From an uncultured Rhodospirillaceae bacterium (GTDB lineage Bacteria; Pseudomonadota; Alphaproteobacteria; Rhodospirillales; UBA2165): a DNA stretch of 64,000 bases. The stretch covers positions 20,275-84,274 of the forward strand of contig CAJWAR010000002.1 in assembly GCA_913020445.1 (NCBI GenBank), in the 5' to 3' direction. Within the stretch, counting starts at the first letter, position 1, and each line of letters starts with the position of its first letter. This document shows positions 39,661 to 49,942 of the stretch, in pieces. The notes beneath the pieces were generated by a model. That model searched no databases. It was not told the DNA's origin and saw only the letters and a list, made by a program, of their open reading frames with translations. A program made the position numbers and the translations under genes.

Positions 39661-40710
39661 ATGGACTTGAGTATCATCATTGCGACAAGTAATCGTGCTC
39701 AATATTTGGCCAAAGCCTTAGATGCGCTTTCCCAACTAAACACCTCATTTCATGACATTGAAATTCTAGTTGCCGATAATGGCTCAACTGACGCCACGTC
39801 AACAATTTGCGAAATGTACGGAAATATATTCCCTCACTTCCGGCATTTATTTGACCCAAGACCGGGCCAACTTGTCGGCTGGCACACAGCCTTGCACGAA
39901 GCCAAGTCAGATATACTGGCATTTATTGACGATGATGTTCGCCCCACACCCGGATGGGCCAACGCCGTTAGTGAGATATTCAAAGACCCGGACATTGGCA
40001 TTGCAACGGGTAGAATAATTCCCGAATTCGAGCGAAAACCACCCGCCTGGCAAAGCGATATGGTGCTGGAAAATGAGTGGGGCGTTTGGTCAGCGTTATG
40101 GGGAATGCTCGATTTTGGCGATAAAATTAAGTCAATTCCCGCAGACTTTGTCTGGGGCAGTAATTTTCTCATCCGCCGAAATGCGATGATTGATGCCGGT
40201 GGATTTCACCCTGGCGGCATGCCGAAACATCTTTTCCATTTCACTGGTGACGGCGATGTGGGCGTCGGACGCATTGTCGAACAATTTGGCTATAAAGTGC
40301 TATATCATCCGGGAGCTGTGGTTGCTCACGAACTACCTGCCGCCAGAAACTCCAGTCCTAGCGAAATCCGCCGCTGGATATTCGGTGAAGGGTTGGTGAC
40401 GTCCTATGTATTGATGCGTCGTTTGGCCGCCGCACATCCCGATTTTTTGCCAGAGGAACTAATCGCTTTGGTCGATGAAACCATTAATCCCGACGAAATT
40501 GCCAATATTGGCCGTGGATATTTAAAATCCGACAGCAAAATACCGAGTGAACTTCAACAACTCTTCAACACGTGTGGAGCTGAAGGCTTTAATCTTCACC
40601 AAGAGCATTTCAAAAATGATGGGCAATTCCGAGAGTGGGTTTTGCGGCCCAATTATCTCGATATTGATGCCTGCTACACGCATCCGGATTTAGTACCGGC
40701 TAAAAGATAA
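39661..40710 (+). CDS. GT2 family glycosyltransferase
   Basis: SIIIAT.NR, DNGSTD, AFIDDD, GSNF..RR..GGF. Confidence 0.88.
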   Translation: MDLSIIIATSNRAQYLAKALDALSQLNTSFHDIEILVADNGSTDATSTICEMYGNIFPHFRHLFDPRPGQLVGWHTALHEAKSDILAFIDDDVRPTPGWANAVSEIFKDPDIGIATGRIIPEFERKPPAWQSDMVLENEWGVWSALWGMLDFGDKIKSIPADFVWGSNFLIRRNAMIDAGGFHPGGMPKHLFHFTGDGDVGVGRIVEQFGYKVLYHPGAVVAHELPAARNSSPSEIRRWIFGEGLVTSYVLMRRLAAAHPDFLPEELIALVDETINPDEIANIGRGYLKSDSKIPSELQQLFNTCGAEGFNLHQEHFKNDGQFREWVLRPNYLDIDACYTHPDLVPAKR

Positions 40711-40742
40711 AAAAAACGGCCCTCACTCTGAGGACCGTTTTC
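40711..40742. terminator. Probably bidirectional terminator between the glycosyltransferase and pntB
   Basis: AAAAAACGGCCCTCA-CTC-TGAGGACCGTTTTT-type hairpin with A/T tracts on both sides. Confidence 0.7.
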
Positions 40743-40762
40743 CTGTAAAAATTCTAACTGAC

Positions 40763-42157
40763 TTAGCCGAGCGCTTGAACAATGCTTTCGGTCATCGCCT
40801 TAGCGTCAGAAAACAGCATCATGGTATTGTCCCGGAAGAACAACTCGTTATCCACGCCAGCATAACCAGAGGCCATTGAGCGTTTGATAAACAGCACGGT
40901 TTGGGCATGTTCAACTTCAAGAATTGGCATGCCGTAAATCGCACTCGTCGGATCGGTTTTAGCCGCTGGATTGGTCACATCATTGGCGCCAATGACAAAG
41001 GCCACATCCGCTGTCGAGAACTCTGTATTGATCTCTTCCAGTTCGAACACTTCGTCATAGGGGACGTTGGCTTCAGCCAGCAGCACGTTCATGTGGCCCG
41101 GCATACGACCGGCAACCGGATGGATCGCATAGGCGACGTCAACGCCCTCTGCCTTCAACAGGTCACACATTTCACGCAACGCATGCTGTGCCTGCGCCAC
41201 CGCCATACCATAACCCGGTACAATGATGACTTTGCTGGCGTTCTTCATAATGAAAGCCGCATCGTCGCCGCTGCCGGATTTAACCGATTTATCGCCGCCG
41301 CCAGCACCGGCCGCGGGTCCTGCAACCTCACCGCCAAAGCCACCGAGCAGCACATTAAAGATCGACCGGTTCATGCCTTTACACATAATGTAGCTGAGGA
41401 TGGCGCCAGAGGAGCCGACAAGAGCACCTGTCACGATCAAGGCCGTGTTGCTGAGGGTAAAGCCGATACCGCAAGCTGCCCAACCTGAATAAGAGTTCAG
41501 CATGGATACAACGACCGGCATATCAGCGCCGCCAATCGGCACGATGATCAGGAAGCCGAGCACAGTCGATATCGCGACCACCGCCCAGAAGGCATTGGGG
41601 TCATTGGTTTGGACCAGCCACACGACAGCTGCGACCAAGGCGATGCCGAGGATGGCATTTAGCATATGCTGGCCTTTAAACACCAGTGGCGAGCCACTGA
41701 GGAGGCCCTGGAGCTTGCCAAAGGCGATCAGGGAGCCAGAGAAGGTAATGGCGCCAATCGCTGTACCGAGCGACATCTCAATCAGGCTGGCGGCCTGAAT
41801 ATTGCCAAACACGCCGATGCCATAGGCCTCCGGTGCGAAGAACGCAGCTGCCGCAACAAACACGGCTGCTAAGCCGACCAATGAATGGAAAGCCGCCACC
41901 AATTGCGGCAAGGCTGTCATCTTGATTTTAAGCGCTACCACGGTGCCGATAAGACCACCGACAACGATGCCGGCGAGGATCAACTCAAAGCTCATGATCG
42001 ATGGATCAGCCAGAGTTGTGCCAATTGCGATCACCATACCGGCAATACCGAGGGCATTACCTTTGCGGGCGCTTTCCGGCGAACTAAGACCACGCAGTGC
42101 CAAAATAAAGCACACCGCCGCGATCAGATAGGCGAAGCCTGTAAATGTCTCGCTCAT
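40763..42157 (-). CDS. pntB: NAD(P) transhydrogenase beta subunit
   Basis: IGGADMPVV.SMLNSYSG, VPGYGMAVAQAQ, HPVAGRMPGHMNVLLAEA, GANDVTNPAA. Confidence 0.97.
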   Translation of the reverse strand: MSETFTGFAYLIAAVCFILALRGLSSPESARKGNALGIAGMVIAIGTTLADPSIMSFELILAGIVVGGLIGTVVALKIKMTALPQLVAAFHSLVGLAAVFVAAAAFFAPEAYGIGVFGNIQAASLIEMSLGTAIGAITFSGSLIAFGKLQGLLSGSPLVFKGQHMLNAILGIALVAAVVWLVQTNDPNAFWAVVAISTVLGFLIIVPIGGADMPVVVSMLNSYSGWAACGIGFTLSNTALIVTGALVGSSGAILSYIMCKGMNRSIFNVLLGGFGGEVAGPAAGAGGGDKSVKSGSGDDAAFIMKNASKVIIVPGYGMAVAQAQHALREMCDLLKAEGVDVAYAIHPVAGRMPGHMNVLLAEANVPYDEVFELEEINTEFSTADVAFVIGANDVTNPAAKTDPTSAIYGMPILEVEHAQTVLFIKRSMASGYAGVDNELFFRDNTMMLFSDAKAMTESIVQALG

Positions 42158-42504
42158 TATTGAGCCTCCACTTTCTTAGGCTTCTTCTTAAACATCGCCA
42201 ACATTCGATTGGTGACGATAAAGCCACCAAAAATATTAACCGATGCCAGCGCAACGGCAATGAAACCCATGATTTTGGAGAACCCCATATCCGCCGGACC
42301 AGCAGCGATGAGCGCGCCAACGATGATCACCGAAGAGACTGCATTCGTTACACTCATAAGCGGCGAATGCAGCGCCGGTGTGACACTCCAAACGACATAA
42401 AAACCGATGAACACGGCCAAAACAAAAACCGTAAACATGAAAATAAAGGGATCGCCTGATGAGGCGGCCTCTGTTGCTTTTGCAGCCAATTTATCTGTAC
42501 CCAT
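42157..42504 (-). CDS. pntAB: NAD(P) transhydrogenase alpha subunit part 2
   Basis: VTPALHSPLMSVTNA.S, NIFGGF.VT.RML.MF. Confidence 0.93.
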   Translation of the reverse strand: MGTDKLAAKATEAASSGDPFIFMFTVFVLAVFIGFYVVWSVTPALHSPLMSVTNAVSSVIIVGALIAAGPADMGFSKIMGFIAVALASVNIFGGFIVTNRMLAMFKKKPKKVEAQ

Positions 42505-42506
42505 GA

Positions 42507-43655
42507 TTAGCTTCCTTCACCGGTTAGACGCGGATGAACAACTTTACCATCCTTACAAACCAATGTTCCTTGAATGATTTCATCTTCCCAGTCGATGTTG
42601 AGAGACTTGGTCTCTGGATCAACCAGAGGCGTAATAAAGTTGACGAGATTTTTGGCAAAAAGCTGGCTGGCGTCTTCCGCAATACGGCTTGGCACATTGG
42701 CATGACCAATAATGCTGACGCCATCTTTTTTGACGGTCTCGCCAAGCTCAGACAACGGGCAGTTACCACCAGCCTCGACCGTGAGATCAACAATCACCGC
42801 GCCATCGGGCATGCTGGCAACCATTTCTTCGGTTACCAAAACAGGTGCCGGGCGTCCTGGAATGAGCGCTGTCGTAATAACCACATCTTGTTTTTTGATG
42901 TGTTCAGCGACGACTTCTTTCTGCTTTTCGAAATACTCAGGCGGCATTTCCTTGGCGTACCCGCCTTCGGTCTGCGCATCCTTTTCCATTTCAGGATCAA
43001 CTTCGAGGAATTTTCCACCGAGGCTTTCAACTTGCTCTTTGGTCGCGGGGCGCACGTCGGTTGCGGTTACCACAGCACCCATGCGTTTAGCGGTCGCGAT
43101 CGCCTGTAAGCCAGCAACGCCAACGCCCATGATAAAGACTTTGGCTGGCGGGATTGTGCCCGCTGCCGTCATCATCATTGGATAGGCCCGGCCCAACTCG
43201 CTCGCCGCATCAAGTACGGCCTTATAGCCGGCCAAATTACTTTGCGACGACAGAATATCCATTGACTGAGCGCGCGTGATACGCGGCAACAATTCCATGG
43301 CAAAAGCCGTAACACCGGTGGCGGCCAATTTCTCCATCGCCTCGGTATTGCCAAGCGCTGACAAACTGGCGATCAGGATATTGCTGCTCGAATACTGCGA
43401 CAAATCATCTCCAGCCTCGTCGACAGGACCACGAACTTTGAGAACAATGTCACTGCCTTGAATGGCTGATCCAGCATCGGCAACAATTTCTGCGCCAGCT
43501 TCTTTCAAAGCCGCGTCACTAAAAGACGCACCTTCGCCGGCACCGGCTTCAATAGCGAAATCAAATCCCAACGCCGAAAGTTTCTTGATGGAATCGGGTG
43601 AGGCTGCCACGCGCAACTCATCTGAGAGCCGCTCCTTGGGCACTGCAATTTTCAT
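42507..43655 (-). CDS. pntAA: NAD(P) transhydrogenase alpha subunit part 1
   Basis: MKIAVPKE, PRITRAQSMD.LSSQ.NLAGY, GVGVAGLQA, GGYAKE, TTALIPGR.AP. Confidence 0.95.
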   Translation of the reverse strand: MKIAVPKERLSDELRVAASPDSIKKLSALGFDFAIEAGAGEGASFSDAALKEAGAEIVADAGSAIQGSDIVLKVRGPVDEAGDDLSQYSSSNILIASLSALGNTEAMEKLAATGVTAFAMELLPRITRAQSMDILSSQSNLAGYKAVLDAASELGRAYPMMMTAAGTIPPAKVFIMGVGVAGLQAIATAKRMGAVVTATDVRPATKEQVESLGGKFLEVDPEMEKDAQTEGGYAKEMPPEYFEKQKEVVAEHIKKQDVVITTALIPGRPAPVLVTEEMVASMPDGAVIVDLTVEAGGNCPLSELGETVKKDGVSIIGHANVPSRIAEDASQLFAKNLVNFITPLVDPETKSLNIDWEDEIIQGTLVCKDGKVVHPRLTGEGS

Positions 43656-43941
43656 ACTTTTCCCTCTCATAAACGGAATGGAAATAGGTCGAACTGTAGA
43701 CGAACTACCTGATCAGTTTTTTGACCGGGCAGTCGCCCGAAAATCTGACGCTAAAAAGACCATTTTAAGCCATTTTGCAAGCTTCAATATGATTTACATC
43801 AATATCAGGCTTAAAAATTTGAGGCCTTAGATTATACCAAGCCAAAAACACCATTTTCATCATTTAATAAGTACCTGATAGCGAGATATTTTTAGACAAT
43901 TGGTTGCTTGAAATACGCTCATAGCAAAGAATTAATGCTGC

Positions 43942-45285
43942 CTAGATAGGTCGTTCCAAATTTACACCGGCAAAAGCCGCCGCTTGATTTTTGGCGACTT
44001 GCTGTTCATCGAAATCATCAATCAGTTCGTGGAAAATTTGGTGCCAGTTGATTTCTGCTTTGAGATGAGTGAAAACCGAGCCCAGGCCAATAGCGGCGCG
44101 ATCCATCAAGACGAATTCTGGCGGCGGCGCAACGCCTCCCAGTTTATGCAAATCCTCCCGCACTTTATGGGCAATGCCCCGGCCATAAGTGCCATCTTTT
44201 TCTTGAATGCGTCGCACGCGGTCCTCGAGCAACGGCGCATAGACGAACTCGGCCCACATATTCAGCACGTCAATAATTTCCAGGGTGAGATTTTCGAAGC
44301 CCCAGGATTCATAGGCGTGCACCGCGAGTTCCGGTTTGTTGTCTCTCAGCGCGGTATATAGATCGATTACGCCACGCACAAAAGACGGTTCAAACACGCG
44401 GATACAGCCGAAATCCAACAAATTGATCGAACCATCTTCCCGCACCGAGTAATTGCCCAGATGCGGATCACCATGGATCACGCCATAATTATAAAGCGGC
44501 ACATACCACGCCCGGAACATATTGAGCGCGACGCGATTACGATCTTCAACGTCCGGATGAGTTTCGATGTAGGGCAATAAGGGTGTGCCGTGAAGCCAGA
44601 TCATACTGATCAGACGCTCGCTGCATAAATCATTAACGACTTCCGGCACATGCACCTGTTTTTCACTGCTGAGCATTGCCTGATAAAGCCGCATCTGTTT
44701 AGCCTCACGGACATAATCCAGTTCTTCGTGCAAGCGGGCAGACAGTTCGCCATGAATGGCGGTCGGATCTATCGCTTTGTCGTAGCGCCGATAGATATTG
44801 AACACCAATTTCAATTGGCGCAAATCAGCATCAACGACCGCCTGCATGTCAGGATATTGCAGTTTGCAGGCAATTTCCCGGCCGTCCAGATCAATTGCCT
44901 TATGAACTTGGCCTAACGAGGCTGCCGCTGCCGCTTCCTGGCCGAATTCAGAAAAATTCGTTTGCCAGTCAGGGCCAAGCTCTCCCGCCATTCGCCGTTT
45001 GACAAAACGCCAGCCCATCGACGGCGCATTAGCTTGAAGCTCGGCCAGTTGATCAGCGTATTCTTGCGGCAAAGCGTTGGGGATGGTTGAAAGAATTTGC
45101 GCAACTTTCATGAGCGGCCCCTTAAGCCCGCCCAAGGCAGCCGTTAAATCTGCGGCATGCTCCAGCCGATTGATAGGTAGGCCAAGATAGCGCTCACCGG
45201 CCAGCCGCGCCGCCAAGCCACCAACCGTCCTGCCGACTTTGGCATAGCGGAGTGCCCGGCCAGTTAAGCTGTTATCATCGGCCAT
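43942..45285 (-). CDS. ABC1/UbiB (COQ8-like) atypical kinase
   Basis: KG..MK.AQ, AAASLGQVH, K.QYP, EELDY..E, HGDPH.GN, LDFG. Confidence 0.92.
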   Translation of the reverse strand: MADDNSLTGRALRYAKVGRTVGGLAARLAGERYLGLPINRLEHAADLTAALGGLKGPLMKVAQILSTIPNALPQEYADQLAELQANAPSMGWRFVKRRMAGELGPDWQTNFSEFGQEAAAAASLGQVHKAIDLDGREIACKLQYPDMQAVVDADLRQLKLVFNIYRRYDKAIDPTAIHGELSARLHEELDYVREAKQMRLYQAMLSSEKQVHVPEVVNDLCSERLISMIWLHGTPLLPYIETHPDVEDRNRVALNMFRAWYVPLYNYGVIHGDPHLGNYSVREDGSINLLDFGCIRVFEPSFVRGVIDLYTALRDNKPELAVHAYESWGFENLTLEIIDVLNMWAEFVYAPLLEDRVRRIQEKDGTYGRGIAHKVREDLHKLGGVAPPPEFVLMDRAAIGLGSVFTHLKAEINWHQIFHELIDDFDEQQVAKNQAAAFAGVNLERPI

Positions 45286-45293
45286 ATCTAATC

Positions 45294-47078
45294 CTAAAAG
45301 CATTGCTCCAGCTCATCGACAAAGCCCGAAACCACACCCAGCCCGCGCTGCCAAAATGCCGGGTCGCTGGCATCCAAGCCGAAAGGCGCCAGCAATTCTT
45401 TGTGGCGCAAGGTGCCACCCGCTTTGAGCATATCGAGATATTTATCTCGGAAACCGGGATGCCCTTGCTGGAACACGTCATAGAGCGAGTTCACCAGACA
45501 ATCGCCAAACGCATAAGCATAGACATAGAAAGGCGAGTGAATGAAATGCGGAATATAGGCCCAGAAGTGACGATACTCTTCATCAAATCGAAACGCCAGG
45601 CCCAGGCTTTCAGTTTGAATATCCAGCCATATCTCACCCAGACGCTCGGCGCCGAGTTCACCACCCCGGCGCTCGTCATGGACGCGTTCTTCAAAATGAT
45701 AAAAGGCGATTTGGCGGACCACCGTATTCAGCATATCCTCGACCTTAGATGCCAGCAAAATGCGGCGCTGTTTCTCATCTTCGGCGGCATCTAGCATGCC
45801 TCTAAAAGTCAGCATCTCGCCAAAGACCGATGCCGTCTCGGCCAATGTTAAGGGCGTGTCTGATAAAAAGTGGCCATGCGGGGCGGCCAGAATTTGATGC
45901 ACACCATGCCCCAACTCATGAGCGAGGGTCATCACGTCACGGGTTTTACCGTGATAGTTCATTAGAATGTAAGGATGCGCCGACGGCACGGTCGGATGAG
46001 AAAACGCGCCCGAGTCTTTACCTTCCCGCGGGTCTGCGTCGATCCAGGATTTATCGAAAAAATGTTCCGCGAGTTCTGCCAGCTGTGGCTCGAAAGCATT
46101 ATATGACGTCAGCACTTTGTCCTTAGCCTCCGCCCACGAAATTTTGGCTTCGTCTGCTTCCGGCAGCGGTGCATTGCGATCCCAGTAATCCATCACCTCG
46201 GCGCCCATCCATTTGGCTTTCAGTTTGTAATAACGATGAGCAAGATTTTCGTAATTATCTTTGACCGCGGTCGCCAAGGCATCAACAACTTCGTCCTCGA
46301 CCTGATTGGAAAGGTTGCGATTGGAGACCGGACGCGGCAATTTACGCCAGCCATCTTCAATTTCTTTGTCTTTGGCGAGCGTATTAGTAATCAAGGAGAA
46401 CAGTTTAATGTTTTCGTCGAGCCCTTTGCCGAACGATTTGGCAGCCTTCTTGCGCACGCCGCCATCCGGATCAGACATCCGGCTCATAATTTCACTGCTC
46501 GATAATTTTTTTCCATCAACATCGAATCGCAGGCCCGCCATCGTTTCATCGAACAAGCGGGACCAGGACGAACGACCGGTTACTGATTTTTCATGCAGCA
46601 GTTTTTCAAGATTGTCTTCCAGCTGGTACGGCTTATAGATGCGAATGGCATCAATCCATGGCGCATATTTCTTAGCACTGGAATCCTTCATTTGCGAGAC
46701 CAGCATTTTTTCTTCAATACGATTGATTTCTAATTCAAAAAATATTGTTTCTGAAGATATCTCGGTCGCCCGTTCGTTCATGTTCTGATAAAAGGCAGCG
46801 ACTTCTGAATTTTCGGCATCGGCAGCGAACAAAAGTTGAGCATATGACATGACGCGAGATATGACTTCGCTTAGGTCTTCATATTCCTTGATCGCCTGGC
46901 CTAATCCCGCACCGTCAAGATTACCGAGTTTTCCCTGATGTTTCTTGGCAAATGACTTCGCTTTCTTAGCGGCAAAATCCATATCTTGTTTGATCTTTGG
47001 GTCATCCGGCCCCGTGTAAAGATCTTTTAAATCCCAACTCGGAATCTCTACCGTTATTTTCTGCCCGGAACCGGCCAT
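45294..47078 (-). CDS. M3 family oligoendopeptidase (PepF-like)
   Basis: WDL.DLY, GK.SGAF, TLAHELGHGVH, AETASVFGE, HF...PFYVYAY. Confidence 0.93.
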   Translation of the reverse strand: MAGSGQKITVEIPSWDLKDLYTGPDDPKIKQDMDFAAKKAKSFAKKHQGKLGNLDGAGLGQAIKEYEDLSEVISRVMSYAQLLFAADAENSEVAAFYQNMNERATEISSETIFFELEINRIEEKMLVSQMKDSSAKKYAPWIDAIRIYKPYQLEDNLEKLLHEKSVTGRSSWSRLFDETMAGLRFDVDGKKLSSSEIMSRMSDPDGGVRKKAAKSFGKGLDENIKLFSLITNTLAKDKEIEDGWRKLPRPVSNRNLSNQVEDEVVDALATAVKDNYENLAHRYYKLKAKWMGAEVMDYWDRNAPLPEADEAKISWAEAKDKVLTSYNAFEPQLAELAEHFFDKSWIDADPREGKDSGAFSHPTVPSAHPYILMNYHGKTRDVMTLAHELGHGVHQILAAPHGHFLSDTPLTLAETASVFGEMLTFRGMLDAAEDEKQRRILLASKVEDMLNTVVRQIAFYHFEERVHDERRGGELGAERLGEIWLDIQTESLGLAFRFDEEYRHFWAYIPHFIHSPFYVYAYAFGDCLVNSLYDVFQQGHPGFRDKYLDMLKAGGTLRHKELLAPFGLDASDPAFWQRGLGVVSGFVDELEQCF

Positions 47079-47218
47079 AAAAAAAAGTCCTTATCAATAT
47101 TCGTTTTCACCATAAAACATGCTACATGATTCCAGTGAATAACAGCGTATAATGTCGGATATAGTTCAAAAGATCGGTAGCTTCAAATCCGTAATGTTTA
47201 ATAGGGGGTATTAATAGA

Positions 47219-49003
47219 ATGAAATCCTGGCCAAGTCTGATCGCGATGTTTTTTGAGCAGGCCGAAACATTGGGAGAAAAGCCATTTCTATGGGCCAAGA
47301 AAGACGGCGCCTACCAGTCAACGAGTTGGCGCGAATCGGCTGAGATCGTCTCAGCACTCGCCCGTGGTCTTAAGGCGCTAGGCATCAATGAGGGCGACCG
47401 GGTCATGTTGTGCTCGGAAAACCGGCCTGAATGGCCACTTGCTCATCTGGCAATTATGGCCGCCGGCGGCATCACCGTGCCGGCCTACACAACGAATACG
47501 GTCAATGATCATTCTCATATTTTATCCAATAGCGGCGCCAAAGGTGCCATTGTCTCTACCAAAGAGCTAGGCCACCGGCTGGTGCCGGCGGCGACGCAAA
47601 CCGGTGGGGTCAATTTTGTTATTTCAATTGAAGATTTGGGATTAAGCCAATCACCGGGCCCGGATATCCATAGCTGGTCGTCAATTGTCGAAAAGAACAA
47701 AGCCGAGCCAGATAGCATCGCCGACTATGTAGCCAATATTTCGCGTGAAGATACGGCAGTCATCATCTACACGTCAGGTACCGGCGGTGCGCCAAAGGGC
47801 GTTATGCTGCCCCATCGGGCCATCATGCATAATTGCCGGGGCGCCTATGATGCGATCCAGGAATACGGACTGGAAGATGAAGTTTTTCTTTCTTTCCTGC
47901 CGTTATCGCATTCTTACGAATACACGGCCGGGCTATTTTTCCCCATTTTCATCGGCGCGCAGATCTATTTTGCTGAAGGCATCGAGCATCTCGGAAAAAA
48001 CATGGCCGAGGCTCGCCCGACGATCATGACCGCCGTCCCGCGGCTTTATGAAATGATGCATGGCCGCATCGCCAAAGGCGTCAAGGCGGCCGGCGGTCTC
48101 AAAGAGAAACTATTCACCAAAGCCGTCGAGCTCGGCACCAAGAAATATGAAAATCCCGGCAGTTTAAATTTAAGTGAAAAAATCACCGACGCCATCGTCG
48201 ATAAACTGGTGCGCGATAAGGTGCGCGGTAATTTCGGTGGCCGGCTTAAAGTATTGGTTTCCGGTGGCGCTCCCCTAAACACCGATATCGGCATTTTCTT
48301 TACCGCCCTTGGCCTTAATCTTCTGCAGGGTTATGGCCAAACTGAAGCCGCTCCGGTCATCAGCGTCAACCGGCCAAATCTGGTTAAGATGGAAACTGTC
48401 GGCTCACCGCTTTTCGAAACCGAAGTTAAAATTGCCTCGGATGGCGAAATTTTGGTGCGCGGCGATCTGCTGATGCAAGGCTACTGGCAGAACGAAGAAG
48501 CCACCAATGAAGTGATTAAGAATGGCTGGCTTCATACCGGTGACGTTGGCCATATGGATAACAACAATTACATCCAAATCACGGATCGCAAGAAGGACAT
48601 TATCGTCAATTCCGGCGGCGACAATTTATCGCCCCAGCGCGTTGAAGGCTTTTTAACGCTGGAACCGGAAATTTCGCAAGCGATGGTCTATGGCGATAAG
48701 CGTCCACATCTTGTCGCTTTGATCGTACCCGATGGCGAATTTGCCAAAGAATGGGCGAAGGAGACCGGTAACTCAGCTGATCTCGCTGATATCATCGGTA
48801 ATGATGATTTTCGCAAGCATATAAGTGAAGCAATTGACCGCGTAAACGAGCATCTTTCGGTAATTGAGCGCGTGCGCCGGTTCATGTTGATCGATGAAGA
48901 GTTTAGCGTCGACAACGAAATGATGACACCGACGCTCAAAGTTCGCCGCCATGTGATCAATGGTAAATATGGCGATCAGCTGGCCGCACTTTACGGCGGT
49001 TAA
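47219..49003 (+). CDS. Long-chain fatty acid-CoA ligase
   Basis: YTSGTGG.PKG, LPLSHSYE, GYGQTE, GWLHTGDVG, DRKKD, TPTLK. Confidence 0.93.
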   Translation: MKSWPSLIAMFFEQAETLGEKPFLWAKKDGAYQSTSWRESAEIVSALARGLKALGINEGDRVMLCSENRPEWPLAHLAIMAAGGITVPAYTTNTVNDHSHILSNSGAKGAIVSTKELGHRLVPAATQTGGVNFVISIEDLGLSQSPGPDIHSWSSIVEKNKAEPDSIADYVANISREDTAVIIYTSGTGGAPKGVMLPHRAIMHNCRGAYDAIQEYGLEDEVFLSFLPLSHSYEYTAGLFFPIFIGAQIYFAEGIEHLGKNMAEARPTIMTAVPRLYEMMHGRIAKGVKAAGGLKEKLFTKAVELGTKKYENPGSLNLSEKITDAIVDKLVRDKVRGNFGGRLKVLVSGGAPLNTDIGIFFTALGLNLLQGYGQTEAAPVISVNRPNLVKMETVGSPLFETEVKIASDGEILVRGDLLMQGYWQNEEATNEVIKNGWLHTGDVGHMDNNNYIQITDRKKDIIVNSGGDNLSPQRVEGFLTLEPEISQAMVYGDKRPHLVALIVPDGEFAKEWAKETGNSADLADIIGNDDFRKHISEAIDRVNEHLSVIERVRRFMLIDEEFSVDNEMMTPTLKVRRHVINGKYGDQLAALYGG

Positions 49004-49006
49004 CTG

Positions 49007-49888
49007 CTACAACTTCAAGACGAAAGCCAGCAAGAAGGGCAGCGTGGCGAAGGCAAAAAGCGTCGAAGTGACGACAAGTCCAGCGACCTCTTCAGGGTTG
49101 TTTTTGTAGCGCATGGCGAGCATGTAGTTGAACACTGCAGCTGGCATGGCGCATTGCAGGACGAAAACGCCTCTGATCACACCTTCCAAACCAAATAAGT
49201 GGCTGACCCCAAGACCAACGCCCAAGCCCATCGCGAAACGAACCAAACTGAGCGCGATGTTACGGGGGAAACTGGTTACTTTGAGTTTTGCCAAGGACAC
49301 ACCCAGCATTATTAGCATCATTGGAATGGCAAATTGGCCAAAGATATGGGCGGTGTCGGCGATCCAATCTGGCAATTGATATTTTGTAACCATCACCAAA
49401 AGCGCTGCTAAAACGGCATAGATCAGCGGATTCATTAGTAATTCTCGTGGTGAGAAGGAGCCGGAAGCAATACCCAGACCAACCGTAAATTGGGTCAAAC
49501 TTACAATTGTGTAGACAATGATCGCAAATGCGAGCCCTTCGTCACCAAATGCTAAAAAACTCAACGGCAACCCGACATTGCCCGTGTTAGGTATCATTAT
49601 CGTTGCCAAATAGGTTCGCAAGTCAAGGCGTGCAATTTTTAATACCACTACACTAATCAGCCAAAATGAAACCAACGCAACGACAACGATCATTGCCAAA
49701 TCGGCAAAGGCCTGGGGATCTGTGTTCAATTTGGTCAATGTCGAGAACACCAGCAAAGGCGTGCCCAAATTAAACACCAAGGAGGTCACAAATTCGGCAT
49801 CAAAGGGTTTGTCCAGCCGCGCCCAAACAAAGCCAAAGGCAGCGCCAAAAAAGACCGGTGCGATAATTGAAAATAGCTGAGTAATCAT
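49007..49888 (-). CDS. AEC (auxin efflux carrier) family transporter
   Basis: PNTGNVGLP, NPLIYA, IPMML..LG, AMPAAV..Y; highly hydrophobic. Confidence 0.88.
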   Translation of the reverse strand: MITQLFSIIAPVFFGAAFGFVWARLDKPFDAEFVTSLVFNLGTPLLVFSTLTKLNTDPQAFADLAMIVVVALVSFWLISVVVLKIARLDLRTYLATIMIPNTGNVGLPLSFLAFGDEGLAFAIIVYTIVSLTQFTVGLGIASGSFSPRELLMNPLIYAVLAALLVMVTKYQLPDWIADTAHIFGQFAIPMMLIMLGVSLAKLKVTSFPRNIALSLVRFAMGLGVGLGVSHLFGLEGVIRGVFVLQCAMPAAVFNYMLAMRYKNNPEEVAGLVVTSTLFAFATLPFLLAFVLKL

Positions 49889-49942
49889 GGGGGCGTTGTG
49901 CAGTAGGATTTAGAGCCCGTCAAGGTGGGCACCTAATGGAAA